IMG/VR virus record: IMGVR_UViG_3300046463_000793 | From: an uncultured virus (IMG/VR IMGVR_UViG_3300046463_000793) | Lineage: Duplodnaviria; Heunggongvirae; Uroviricota; Caudoviricetes | Direction: 5' to 3' (one strand) | Length of the DNA stretch: 64,000 nt | Part shown: positions 55,765-64,000 of the stretch, in pieces | Position numbering within the stretch: the first letter of the stretch is position 1 | Layout: each line of letters begins with the position of its first letter | The notes under the pieces: generated by a model | What the model saw: the letters and a program-made list of their open reading frames with translations, nothing else | Database searches by the model: none | Told to the model about the DNA's origin: nothing | Translations under genes and position numbers: made by a program

Positions 55765-56463
55765 TTGGGACGGTCGACCCCTGGCCGCCAGCCGGGCCGG
55801 TCGGCTCTCGCAAAATGTGTGCAAGCCGGCCGGGGTGCTGCTAGGACGCGCCTCCAGGCCTGTCCGCCTGGGGAGCAGCGATTGCCCGCCCGCACCCGTG
55901 CCCGCCGCCTAGCGCTGCCACAGCTCGCCGGTGAGCCGATTCCAGCGCATGCCATGCCGGCGACGTGGCGCGACCCGGATGATACCGCGCCGACGGCGCG
56001 TAGGACCCCCCGTGAGATCGCCGGCTGGCGCCGCTATGACGCGTTGCGCCGGATGTTCGGCGATCCCCGCTCCGGCATCACCGCGCAGCACATCATGGCC
56101 GCCGACACGCTGCGCGAGCTGGTCGATCTGGCCACCCTCGGCTACGCCGCCGATCGGCCGCTGATCTACGTGGCGCAGAACGCGCAACCGCGGTTCGGCA
56201 TGGGTCCGGCCGCGCTTGCCCAGGTGAAAGCCGCGCGCGCGGTGAAGCGGGTGACCGCGCTGTTCCCACCGCTGCAGCTGGCGATGATCCAGGCGATCAT
56301 TTTGCGCAATGTGTCGGTGCGCGCGTGGACCACCGCGCTGCCGCCGCCGGCGTCGCAGGCGGTGGAGAAGGGCAAGCTGCTGGCCATCCTGGAGATTCTG
56401 GTGCAGCATTTCGCGGTCGAGGTCGAGGACGATCTGGCCAGGGGCAGGCGACTGCCGCCGTGA
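55765..56463 (+). CDS. DUF6456-like putative late regulator (start uncertain)
   Basis: WRDPDD, R.DAL.RM, IT..H..AAD.LR pattern with HTH-like C-terminus. Confidence 0.5.
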   Translation: MGRSTPGRQPGRSALAKCVQAGRGAARTRLQACPPGEQRLPARTRARRLALPQLAGEPIPAHAMPATWRDPDDTAPTARRTPREIAGWRRYDALRRMFGDPRSGITAQHIMAADTLRELVDLATLGYAADRPLIYVAQNAQPRFGMGPAALAQVKAARAVKRVTALFPPLQLAMIQAIILRNVSVRAWTTALPPPASQAVEKGKLLAILEILVQHFAVEVEDDLARGRRLPP

Positions 56464-56481
56464 CACTAGGGGAGACCACCC

Positions 56482-56955
56482 ATGAGTGACGATACAAACG
56501 TATCTACAGAGACGGTAGAGACAGACGCACATACAGAACGGGAGCTGCGGCGATTAGGGATACCGCGGGCGACCGATGATCTGCGGCGCGTGCAGTTCTA
56601 CCACAAGGGCTTGTTCTACGACACCGAAAACGCCGATGTGCTGTTCCACTGGGATCAGGACGATTGGAGCGGGCCACCTGACGAAAGCTACGTTCTGCGC
56701 GGCGATGTCACCGAGACGCTGTATCGCATCAAGCCGCCGAAGAAGAACTGGTATAACATGCCCGCGGTGGAGGCGTATCTGCTGGTGCGGTATAATACGC
56801 ACATCGACTGGGACGATGACTTCAAGCCGGTCGAGGTCTATTCCCGCGAACAAGCGATCGACTGGGCGTGCGAGCGTTGCCAACATCGGGTGCAGGCGCT
56901 GTTCGGTAAATTACCCGCACCCGGTCAGGCGCCAGCGTATACACGAATATGGTGA
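56482..56955 (+). CDS. hypothetical protein
   Basis: GGGAG RBS; YDTENA...ETLYR...A..W. Confidence 0.65.
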   Translation: MSDDTNVSTETVETDAHTERELRRLGIPRATDDLRRVQFYHKGLFYDTENADVLFHWDQDDWSGPPDESYVLRGDVTETLYRIKPPKKNWYNMPAVEAYLLVRYNTHIDWDDDFKPVEVYSREQAIDWACERCQHRVQALFGKLPAPGQAPAYTRIW

Positions 56956-56956
56956 C

Positions 56957-57199
56957 ATGACCTATCCGGAGCTCCGCAAGCAGCTGCGTGCTGCCGGCTT
57001 CATCAACCACGAGATAGCCGCGCTGCATCACGGCTACCTCGTGGTGCACGCCATGGGGATCCCCGACGCGGATCTGGTGTTTGACCGCGACCACGGTCTG
57101 CTGGTGCATCAGCGCTCGCGGCCGTTACTGGAAAAATACCAAGGCGCCCAGGCGGTGGTCGACTGCGACAACCACACCGCGGTGATCCGTCCGGTATGA
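56957..57199 (+). CDS. hypothetical protein
   Basis: Coupled ORF. Confidence 0.5.
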   Translation: MTYPELRKQLRAAGFINHEIAALHHGYLVVHAMGIPDADLVFDRDHGLLVHQRSRPLLEKYQGAQAVVDCDNHTAVIRPV

Positions 57200-57546
57200 G
57201 CGAGCTGCTTGATCGACCGTTGGTGGAGGCGCGACTGCCGACCCGGTTGTTCACGTGCATGAACACCGAGGGCTGCGAGACGTTGCGCGATGTGGTGGCC
57301 AAGACCGAGCAGGAGCTGCGGCGGATTCCGGGGTTCGGCAAGACTTCATTGAACCTGTTGAAGCAGATTCTGGCGGACCTCGGCCTCGAGCTGGCCAACC
57401 GGCCGGCGAAGGACGGCACGCTGCCGCTGCCGTTCCCGTCGCTGCACGAACGGCTGACCCGGATCGAACAACGGCTCGATGCGCTCGAGCGGCATCCGCT
57501 GCTGCGTGAGGTAGGCCAGATGGGGAGATCTCAGGGGGAAGGGTGA
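57196..57546 (+). CDS. stand-alone RNA polymerase alpha-subunit C-terminal-domain-like protein
   Basis: LPTRLFTCMNTEGCETLRDVVAKTEQELRRIPGFGKTSLNLLKQILADLGLEL aligns by eye with RpoA CTD (L.VR..NCL..E.I....DLV..TE.ELL.TPN.G.KSL.EIK.VL...GLSL). Confidence 0.85.
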   Translation: MSELLDRPLVEARLPTRLFTCMNTEGCETLRDVVAKTEQELRRIPGFGKTSLNLLKQILADLGLELANRPAKDGTLPLPFPSLHERLTRIEQRLDALERHPLLREVGQMGRSQGEG

Positions 57547-58166
57547 GATACCTCCGCGCCCCGCAATGGCCGCTCACGACGTTGTTGCCATGGTGGAAGG
57601 GCGACTACACCGACATTCGCGACCGCCTCCATGCCCACGGCTACCTGGAGATTGCGGAATCCGGGATCTGGACGCGGAAGCCGGACGAGTCGGAGTGTGA
57701 CCGCTTCAGCGCGCAAGCCTGGAAGTATGACGCCGAGAAGCTGGCGGAGGTGCGCCGGCGCGGCACGCCGACCACCCTGGCGGAGCGCGAGCGCGCCCGG
57801 GCGGCGGAGGCCGAGCTGGAGCGGCAGCGCGCCGAGCAGGCCGCAGCAGACCGGGCCGCGGCGGAGGCGGCGCTGGCAGCCGCGGAGGCGGCGCTGGTGG
57901 AGCTGGCGGCGATGGCGGAGCAGCGTCGGCTGGCGGCTGCGGCGCTGGCCGGCAAGGAGGCCGAGGAGCGCAAGCAGCGCGAGCAGGCGGCGTCGCGGCT
58001 GTTCTGGTCAAACCGCAACCCGGCGTACGCGACCGAGCGGTTCCACTCCGTGCCGATCGCCACCACCGGCAAGGTCGCCGGCGCCACGCTGGAAGCGGGC
58101 AAAACCTACTACTTGCCCGAATCGGTGAGGGACCAGATCGTGGCCAACAGCAAGGCGAGTCGCTAA
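57543..58166 (+). CDS. hypothetical protein with Ala/Glu/Arg coiled coil
   Basis: GTGA coupling. Confidence 0.6.
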   Translation: MRYLRAPQWPLTTLLPWWKGDYTDIRDRLHAHGYLEIAESGIWTRKPDESECDRFSAQAWKYDAEKLAEVRRRGTPTTLAERERARAAEAELERQRAEQAAADRAAAEAALAAAEAALVELAAMAEQRRLAAAALAGKEAEERKQREQAASRLFWSNRNPAYATERFHSVPIATTGKVAGATLEAGKTYYLPESVRDQIVANSKASR

Positions 58167-58188
58167 CACCCCCGAGGGAGTCGAGCTC

Positions 58189-58410
58189 ATGTCAGCGCTG
58201 GAAGACGACGAAGACGCGCCGATGACGCCGGCGGCGATCGCCGCATGGTGGGACCGTTGGGGGCTCGATCACAGAGCCGCGGCACAGCAGCGCCGGGCCG
58301 ACTATGCGGTGCAGAAAGCCGCCGCCGACGCGGTGATGCGGGCGATTGTTCCCGTTGTGTCCCCAGATGGAACGGGTCACAAAATACCGAAGGTCGGCCA
58401 GCGTTCGTGA
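58189..58410 (+). CDS. hypothetical protein
   Basis: GGGAG RBS. Confidence 0.5.
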   Translation: MSALEDDEDAPMTPAAIAAWWDRWGLDHRAAAQQRRADYAVQKAAADAVMRAIVPVVSPDGTGHKIPKVGQRS

Positions 58411-58671
58411 TTCGTTGCCGGACATTCTGACCGACAAAGTGTCAGGTGCCTGACATAAGAACGGGCGGCATCTCGTGGGAGAGAGTGCCGCCCGCCCGCC
58501 TGCCTAGCGATCATGGGATTCCGCAGAAACATGACCACGCGACGGCGCATATTTGGTGGCTTCGTTCCCCTACGTCAAACCACCTGTGGTGGCTAAAGTA
58601 TTGACGTAGTGCGATTCATGCTCGTAGCGTCCGCGCCACGCTCTGTGAATTGTGTCCGGAGTATCCCCCGC

Positions 58672-58890
58672 ATGGACAATGTTACGGCCCTGGCGCCGGT
58701 GCGCACGCGCGCCGAGATCCTGCGCGAGCAGCGCTCGACCAGCGCGCGCGGTGATAAAATGCAGCAGGCGATCAACGGCATTTATAACCAGCTCGATCTG
58801 GCCGGCCTCCGCCCGGTGGAGCGGTTGGCCGTGCTGTGCAGTGTGCTGCAAGAGGAAAACCACAGCGCCGGTGCTGGTCTGCCGCCGTGA
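58672..58890 (+). CDS. hypothetical protein
   Basis: GGAG RBS; follows a TTGACG promoter-like element. Confidence 0.55.
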   Translation: MDNVTALAPVRTRAEILREQRSTSARGDKMQQAINGIYNQLDLAGLRPVERLAVLCSVLQEENHSAGAGLPP

Positions 58891-59342
58891 CCGCGCCCGC
58901 GCCGCAGATCGAGTGGACCGAGCAGCAGGACGCCCAGCTGCGGCAATGGCGCAGCGAGGCGGTGAGCTACAAGCTGTGCGGCGAGAAGCTTGGCGGCATC
59001 TCCTCCGGCGCGGTGGCCCGCCGCTGCAAGGCCCTCGGGCTGCCGATCGTCAATGCGCCGCCGGACATGCGCCCCAGGCCGCCGCCGGCAGAGCCGAAGC
59101 GCGACCACCACGCGCAGCCGCTGAAGGACAACGCGGTGACCCTGGCCGTGCTGCCGTCGCTGCATCACCCGCTGCCCGGCTATGTCGCGTGCGCGCCGGA
59201 CGGCACCGCGATTCCCGCGACGCTCCGTCCGACCGCCGATGAGGCGTGGCGTGCCGCGGGAGCGGACTATCAGCTCCACCGCGGCTGGCATGTCTGCCGC
59301 TGCATGGTGTTGTTGGCGGAGCGGCTGGACGACAGCGACTAG
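58887..59342 (+). CDS. GcrA-like N-terminal HTH protein
   Basis: WTEQQDAQLRQW.......GEKLGGISSGAVARRCKALGL resembles the GcrA N-terminus (WT.ER...L..LW..G.S...IA..LGG.SRNAV.GK..RLGL). Confidence 0.65.
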   Translation: MTAPAPQIEWTEQQDAQLRQWRSEAVSYKLCGEKLGGISSGAVARRCKALGLPIVNAPPDMRPRPPPAEPKRDHHAQPLKDNAVTLAVLPSLHHPLPGYVACAPDGTAIPATLRPTADEAWRAAGADYQLHRGWHVCRCMVLLAERLDDSD

Positions 59343-59528
59343 GTGGACGCGACCAGCCTTAGCTTTATCAAGATTTCAGCCGGACAGGCATTGCCCGAGA
59401 CTGCCGCCGTCATATGTCCGCCACGAAAGCCCCGACCGCTTCGGTGACGTTTGGGGCACGGTGGTCAGTGAGAGGCTGGTCATGTCGCCATGCGCGTCCG
59501 TCATGTGCAAGGAGTCCGGCGCCCCAAC

Positions 59529-59816
59529 TCACGCGTCATCCTCGCGCTGTTGGGCGGCCTCGGCAAGCTGCATCGCGATGCGCCCGACAATGGCGACGGT
59601 GATCAACCCGGGCACATCCAGCAGCTCGATCAGCCGTGCCAGGAAGGTGGCGATCACCATGTGCACGGTGGCATTGCCGAACCCCGTGAACAGCGCGTCG
59701 ATCTGTTCGTAAAGCTTATCGATCGCGGCGTCGTCGCTGGCTTCGGCGATCCGCAGCACCCAGCGGTCGAGATCCGCCATCGGGATCTCGATCTGGAACA
59801 TCTCATCGGTCATCAC
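59529..59816 (-). CDS. hypothetical protein
   Basis: Last of a coupled minus-strand run. Confidence 0.55.
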   Translation of the reverse strand: MMTDEMFQIEIPMADLDRWVLRIAEASDDAAIDKLYEQIDALFTGFGNATVHMVIATFLARLIELLDVPGLITVAIVGRIAMQLAEAAQQREDDA

Positions 59817-60058
59817 GCCCGGCCCGCGTCGCGCACCCGCTTGCCGTCTTCGGTCAGCGCCAGGATGTTGTCGCCGGCCTCCAGGTCAGCCTCGGCGACG
59901 GCCGCTTCCACTTCGGTGGCGGCGCGCCACTCGGTCAGCCCGGTGGCCTCCAGCATGGTCTCCAGGTCGGCCTGATCAATACCCATGCCTTCGGTGAAGG
60001 CTTGCCACACACCCACAAACAGCACGGCGAGGCCGTGCTCGATCTCATCATCGTTCAT
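59813..60058 (-). CDS. acidic hypothetical protein
   Basis: Coupled ORF. Confidence 0.55.
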   Translation of the reverse strand: MNDDEIEHGLAVLFVGVWQAFTEGMGIDQADLETMLEATGLTEWRAATEVEAAVAEADLEAGDNILALTEDGKRVRDAGRA

Positions 60059-60339
60059 CACCAGAACCTCTGATCTGCTTCCATCTGGCGCAGGATCAAC
60101 CACAACAGCATGCGTGCGTTCCCGTCGCTGTAGGCCTTGCCGGTGGCCATCGCCTCGCGTAGCGCCTCGACGCTGCCTTCCCACTTGCCGTCAGCGTGCA
60201 GCGTGATGGTGCAGTCACCAAGGTGGACGGTGAACGGAAACCACGGCGGTATGTTCAGCGTGAATGTGCTGGTGACGGTTTCGCCGCTCGGGATCGGCAC
60301 GAACTTGATCTCTTCATCGCTCATGGTTTGGTCCCTCAT
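60058..60339 (-). CDS. hypothetical protein
   Basis: Coupled ORF. Confidence 0.55.
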   Translation of the reverse strand: MRDQTMSDEEIKFVPIPSGETVTSTFTLNIPPWFPFTVHLGDCTITLHADGKWEGSVEALREAMATGKAYSDGNARMLLWLILRQMEADQRFW

Positions 60340-60360
60340 ATTGTGACCGCATTCGTTGCA

Positions 60361-61005
60361 TCATCGCTCCATGCACTCGCTCCTCTCCATACCGCCGCTA
60401 ATGTAACGGTCGCAGGTTACGATCTGGCCGTCGATGACATACGTGTCAGTCCACACGCCGAATTCCTTACGCAACTGCTGTGTGGTCTTGCCGGCGATCC
60501 GGCGGTTCATCGCGGCCGTGGCCGGATCAACGGGCGCCAGCATAGCGCGGAGCTCGGTCTGCCGCTGTGCCGCGGCTGCCGCCTGGAGCTCCGCCGCTGA
60601 AGCGACCGGCGCCGGTTTAGGATCCGGTGTAAAGGACCCGACAGTTAGCCCATCCAGCGCCCCGGCGCAGCCGCCGAGCAGGCTGAGCAACCCAACGATC
60701 AGCAGCAGGATGATCAGCCCGCGGAGGAGCCGATGGGCATACGATTCCAGTTGCGGCGGTGGCGGTGGCGACGGCTGCTGCGGCGGCTGCCCGCGTCGGT
60801 CTATAAATTCGATCTCGATCCGGACGCGGGGACTTCCTCCCCCTCGCTCGGGCGGGGTTGGGGGCGGCGAGGTTAGCGTCGCTCCCTTCCGCAGTTTCCG
60901 TTGTGCGCTGAAACCCTCCCAGAACGCCGCCGGTTCGTTGCGCAACATGTCACGCGGCGCGTCCTTACGGATCGGTTTGAGGAGGTAATCAAATTCGCCA
61001 GTCAT
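60361..61005 (-). CDS. membrane protein with internal TM helix / lipobox-like LGGC
   Basis: LIILLLIVGLLSLLGGCAG. Confidence 0.6.
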   Translation of the reverse strand: MTGEFDYLLKPIRKDAPRDMLRNEPAAFWEGFSAQRKLRKGATLTSPPPTPPERGGGSPRVRIEIEFIDRRGQPPQQPSPPPPPQLESYAHRLLRGLIILLLIVGLLSLLGGCAGALDGLTVGSFTPDPKPAPVASAAELQAAAAAQRQTELRAMLAPVDPATAAMNRRIAGKTTQQLRKEFGVWTDTYVIDGQIVTCDRYISGGMERSECMER

Positions 61006-61223
61006 CTTGAATCTCTCCTATATGTGGCCTGGAACGTGGCAAACTCTTCCCGGATGCTCTCCCACGCATCTGGATCGCAATGGGGTTCTAATTTAGCAAG
61101 CACGTAGGCAGCACCATAGGTGAACACCGATTTGCCCATGGGGCTATCGATGAACAGACTGCCAGCGCCACATTTGCTGAGGATGTCCCGCCACGCTTCG
61201 TTGGCGCTGTTGCTTTCGCTCAT
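61002..61223 (-). CDS. hypothetical protein
   Basis: GGAG RBS, coupled. Confidence 0.55.
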   Translation of the reverse strand: MSESNSANEAWRDILSKCGAGSLFIDSPMGKSVFTYGAAYVLAKLEPHCDPDAWESIREEFATFQATYRRDSR

Positions 61224-61828
61224 TGCAGCGTCTCCGGTTTGAGCTGCATGCTCTGCAGATCGATGCCGTGCTTCTTGCAGAACGCTTCGATCAGGACTTG
61301 CGCCGCCGCGCGGATATCGGGCGTCGTCTCCACCGGGCACAACAGGTCGGTCATGGTGCCGCCAAATTCTTGGTCAACTGCCTCCCGCTCAATCACCTCG
61401 GTCAGCGTGCCGTCGACAGTGCGCATCATGTCGAGCGTGCTGACCAGCGAGTGCCGCTCGTTGTTCTCGCGATAGGTCAGCGACACGATCAACACCTCGG
61501 TGCGGTCCTCCGCCTCGGCCGGTCGCACCGCGTCGATGCGCGCCTGATGCTCGGCCTCGGTCTCGCGGGGATGCCGCATCACCGCGCGGCTCCAGGCCTC
61601 CGAGATGAAGCTAATGGCGGTGGCATTGGCGGCGAGTGCCATCAGCCCGACCATCTGTTGGGCGCGGCGCTTCTCGGTGTCATCGGCCCAGCCGGCGCCG
61701 ACGATCCTGACCTCGTCTGGGCAGTGCAGGATGAACATCGGCATCAGGCTGCCTTGTTTGAGCAACGCAGTGCGGGCGAAGTCGACGTCGCGCTTGAGCT
61801 GGTCTTGCCAGTCGATGGGCTTGGTCAT
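61220..61828 (-). CDS. hypothetical protein (FISEAW...DRTEVL family)
   Basis: GGAGG RBS; motif pattern. Confidence 0.7.
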   Translation of the reverse strand: MTKPIDWQDQLKRDVDFARTALLKQGSLMPMFILHCPDEVRIVGAGWADDTEKRRAQQMVGLMALAANATAISFISEAWSRAVMRHPRETEAEHQARIDAVRPAEAEDRTEVLIVSLTYRENNERHSLVSTLDMMRTVDGTLTEVIEREAVDQEFGGTMTDLLCPVETTPDIRAAAQVLIEAFCKKHGIDLQSMQLKPETLQ

Positions 61829-62298
61829 GGCGCGTCCTCCCGTGCGGTGTAGGCCTTGCAGTTGTCGCACCAACCGTTGCGAATATCGTTCAAATTCCAG
61901 CTAGTCTTGTTGCAGCGCGGGCAGGTGATGTTGATCGGGATATGATCACTGCCCGCGTCTGGATCAGTGGGCGCGTCGCGCATCACCCAGCTCGCCGGTG
62001 GGATCAGCGACGCCCGCAGCAACACTACGCTGACCGTGGTCACCTGGGTGTCGATCTCGAGCACCCGCTTGACGGTGTCGAGATGCGGCATGGCGTCGAT
62101 CGGCGCGAACGCGTAAAGCTCACGCGCGGCGTGACGCAAGCACGCGACGTATTCGGTGTTGCCCATCCTGCGCGCCGAACAGATCAGCTCGGCATAGGCG
62201 CGGCAGACTTCGATGATGTTATGATCGATCATAGCTGAATCCCTTTGCAGTTGCTCCAGCATCTTGCCGACTGGACCTTTTGGTGTGAGGTCGGTCAT
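61825..62298 (-). CDS. protein with C-terminal CxxC...CxxC Zn finger
   Basis: ITCPRC..TSWN.NDI...WCDNC; same motif family as 55128. Confidence 0.65.
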   Translation of the reverse strand: MTDLTPKGPVGKMLEQLQRDSAMIDHNIIEVCRAYAELICSARRMGNTEYVACLRHAARELYAFAPIDAMPHLDTVKRVLEIDTQVTTVSVVLLRASLIPPASWVMRDAPTDPDAGSDHIPINITCPRCNKTSWNLNDIRNGWCDNCKAYTAREDAP

Positions 62299-62507
62299 AG
62301 CTGGATCCCTTTGCGGTCGTGTTGCAGCAGATCCAGCGCCAACACGACGGTGGGGTTGGTATTGTTCGCCGCGTTGTCCATTGCGATCAGCAGTTGCTCG
62401 GCTTCGTTGAGCTCAACCGATGTATATACAGGTGACACTACGACCAGATAATGGTTGACGGTGGCGACGTGGAGATAGGCCTCGACGATGTCCTTGGGGT
62501 CGGTCAT
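62295..62507 (-). CDS. hypothetical protein
   Basis: AAGGA RBS, coupled. Confidence 0.55.
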   Translation of the reverse strand: MTDPKDIVEAYLHVATVNHYLVVVSPVYTSVELNEAEQLLIAMDNAANNTNPTVVLALDLLQHDRKGIQL

Positions 62508-62788
62508 GGGGTTTTCCTTTGCTTGGCGCGGGACTTGCGTTTGGCTTCCGCGTTCTTGTTGGTCGAATAGACGTGCGGTGCCCGCCAATGCTGCGGTGGT
62601 GGTGGTTCCGGATATTTGCCGCGCACCTCGACGCAATCCTCGAGCCAGTCGGCGACCGGCTGCGGCACCGGTCGCTCACCCAGTGACCAGTGCCGCGTTG
62701 CGCCAGGACTGCAGCCTAACACCCGCGCCAGATCGCGCCGCGACAGCCGCATGGTGTGCAGGCATTCCTGAAACCGTTTCGGTGTCAT
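62504..62788 (-). CDS. Cro-like HTH protein
   Basis: MTP.RF..CL....SRRDLARVLG......RHW..GERPVP..VA.WL. Confidence 0.7.
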   Translation of the reverse strand: MTPKRFQECLHTMRLSRRDLARVLGCSPGATRHWSLGERPVPQPVADWLEDCVEVRGKYPEPPPPQHWRAPHVYSTNKNAEAKRKSRAKQRKTP

Positions 62789-62879
62789 CAGTCGTCGTCG
62801 TTGGTCAGTAGCGCGACCAGCACGGTGGCCAGCAGCGCGGCCAGCAGTGGCGCGACCAGGGTGAACGACCAATAGAGCA

Positions 62880-63092
62880 TCACCACCTCCATTCCGGCGG
62901 CAGATCGTTATAGAGCTCTTCGCAGATCCTATCGCAGTGCAGTGCGTCGCCGATGTCGCCGAGTATGCGGGCGCGCATGGCACGCTCGCGGCAGGCACAA
63001 TAGCGCGCCAGCCGCTTCAGATTGCGCGCCAGGGGTCCGAGGTCCTCGACCACCATGGCGTCCGGGTTCAGGTAGGCCAGGGGGTGGGTCAT
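62880..63092 (-). CDS. hypothetical protein
   Basis: RAMRAR..G.I..A.....CE.LY..LP..WRW pattern. Confidence 0.65.
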   Translation of the reverse strand: MTHPLAYLNPDAMVVEDLGPLARNLKRLARYCACRERAMRARILGDIGDALHCDRICEELYNDLPPEWRW

Positions 63093-63310
63093 GGGTTGTT
63101 ATCCATGGCCACCCGGGTGCGCCGGGCCAGCCCCTGCCCGGTCACCATCCGCAGAGCGCGCGCCAGGGCCTCGGGCCACTCAATGGTCTTGGAGGCCACC
63201 CAACGGCCGTCGAGGCGCCACTCGCCGCCGTGCTGCGCCAGCCAGTAGTGTTTGCCGTCGAGCTCGATACCGAAGCCGAAGCTCGACTCCGCGGTGATGG
63301 TGAGGTTCAT
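63089..63310 (-). CDS. hypothetical protein
   Basis: GGAGGAG RBS, coupled. Confidence 0.55.
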   Translation of the reverse strand: MNLTITAESSFGFGIELDGKHYWLAQHGGEWRLDGRWVASKTIEWPEALARALRMVTGQGLARRTRVAMDNNP

Positions 63311-63534
63311 GGCTCGAGCTCCTCCCGCCCGGCCAGCCGCAGCGCCTCGGCGCTGATCGACTCCTGATCGGTGGCGTCGGGCAGTCCCACGAGGCGGGCG
63401 TAGCCGATCGCCATCGAGAAGCCGCACAGGAAGGCCGCTGACGGCCCGGCCAGCGGGTTGGCTTCGCTGTAACGAGCCAGGGCCATGCGCGCGAAGCGCA
63501 GCGCCTCTGGGGTGAAGTCTTTGCGCTTGGTCAT
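63307..63534 (-). CDS. hypothetical protein
   Basis: GGAGG RBS, coupled. Confidence 0.55.
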   Translation of the reverse strand: MTKRKDFTPEALRFARMALARYSEANPLAGPSAAFLCGFSMAIGYARLVGLPDATDQESISAEALRLAGREELEP

Positions 63535-63764
63535 CACACCTCCTCCGCGTCGCCGGCCGCGAGCTCGATCATCTCGTTGCTGATCGCGTCGGCCAGCATG
63601 CTGTGGTGCCCGGCCTTGCAGGCGTAGCCAACTTCCGCCCACAGCCGGGCGGCGAGGTGGTGCTGGGTGGCGGCGGTTGACAGCCGCTCGTCGATGTAGG
63701 CGCTGCTCGCCGCGGCGGAGACCGCCAAAGCGAGATTCAACAGATCAGTGCGAGAGAAGGTCAT
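63534..63764 (-). CDS. hypothetical protein, first gene after the promoter
   Basis: GGAG RBS directly after the conserved promoter motif. Confidence 0.6.
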   Translation of the reverse strand: MTFSRTDLLNLALAVSAAASSAYIDERLSTAATQHHLAARLWAEVGYACKAGHHSMLADAISNEMIELAAGDAEEV

Positions 63765-63774
63765 CGAGGGACTC

Positions 63775-63822
63775 CAAAATGTGTGCACCCTCCTTGTGAC
63801 CGTTTTTGCCCCAGATGTCAAC
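63775..63822 (-). promoter_or_regulatory. sigma70-like promoter with conserved phage motif (copy 2)
   Basis: Minus strand GTTGACATctGGGGCAAAAACGGTcacaaggagggTGCACACATTTTG. Confidence 0.7.
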
Positions 63823-63838
63823 AAAAGGGGTCATCCCG

Positions 63839-64000
63839 ATGTCGAACCAATACGCCGCGTTGATGCGGGAGGGCGGCAAGCTGCCGCCGGAGGCCAAGGG
63901 CCCGGACGGACGGCTCGAGCCGTTCGTGCCGAGCGATAAGGAGCGCGAGCAGGTGCGGATCCTGGCCAGCAACGGGGTCGCCCACCAGACCATCAGCAAG
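63839..64000 (+). CDS. probable terminase small subunit (partial, runs off right edge)
   Basis: MSNQYAALM...FVPSDKEREQVRILASNGVAHQTISK resembles the HTH start of small terminases; position before the missing head genes. Confidence 0.55.
   Translation, partial: MSNQYAALMREGGKLPPEAKGPDGRLEPFVPSDKEREQVRILASNGVAHQTISK

Overview
This window is most of the genome of a GC-rich, contractile-tailed (myovirus) bacteriophage. Its structural genes are of the Bcep781/Aaphi23-like type: DUF2184-type capsid, DUF4054 adaptor, DUF3383 sheath, DUF3277 tube, Gp138 spike, baseplate J and DUF2612. All family names are recognised by eye from motifs, not from database searches. The host is probably an alphaproteobacterium, given the GcrA-like, PEP-CTERM and DUF3309-like genes. 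Layout: 1-2600 is a minus-strand cluster of tiny early-type genes behind a sigma70-like promoter and a highly structured ~250-nt leader. 2.9-38.9 kb is the plus-strand virion operon; it is inflated by a 2809-aa modular fibre, a LamG/repeat appendage cassette and several morons, and ends at a rho-independent terminator. 39-45.5 kb is a minus-strand accessory/recombination block (XRE HTH, two PEP-CTERM proteins, a beta-helix protein, ERF). 45.6-59.3 kb is a plus-strand replication/regulation block (RHH, VRR-NUC, two ParB-fold proteins, primase-helicase, candidate origin, HNH, SF2 helicase, stand-alone RNAP alpha-CTD, GcrA-like). 59.5-63.8 kb holds minus-strand small genes, and a probable small terminase starts at the right edge. 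Large terminase, portal, prohead protease domain, endolysin and integrase are not seen and presumably lie outside the window or are absent. No CRISPR array, rRNA or canonical tRNA was found.
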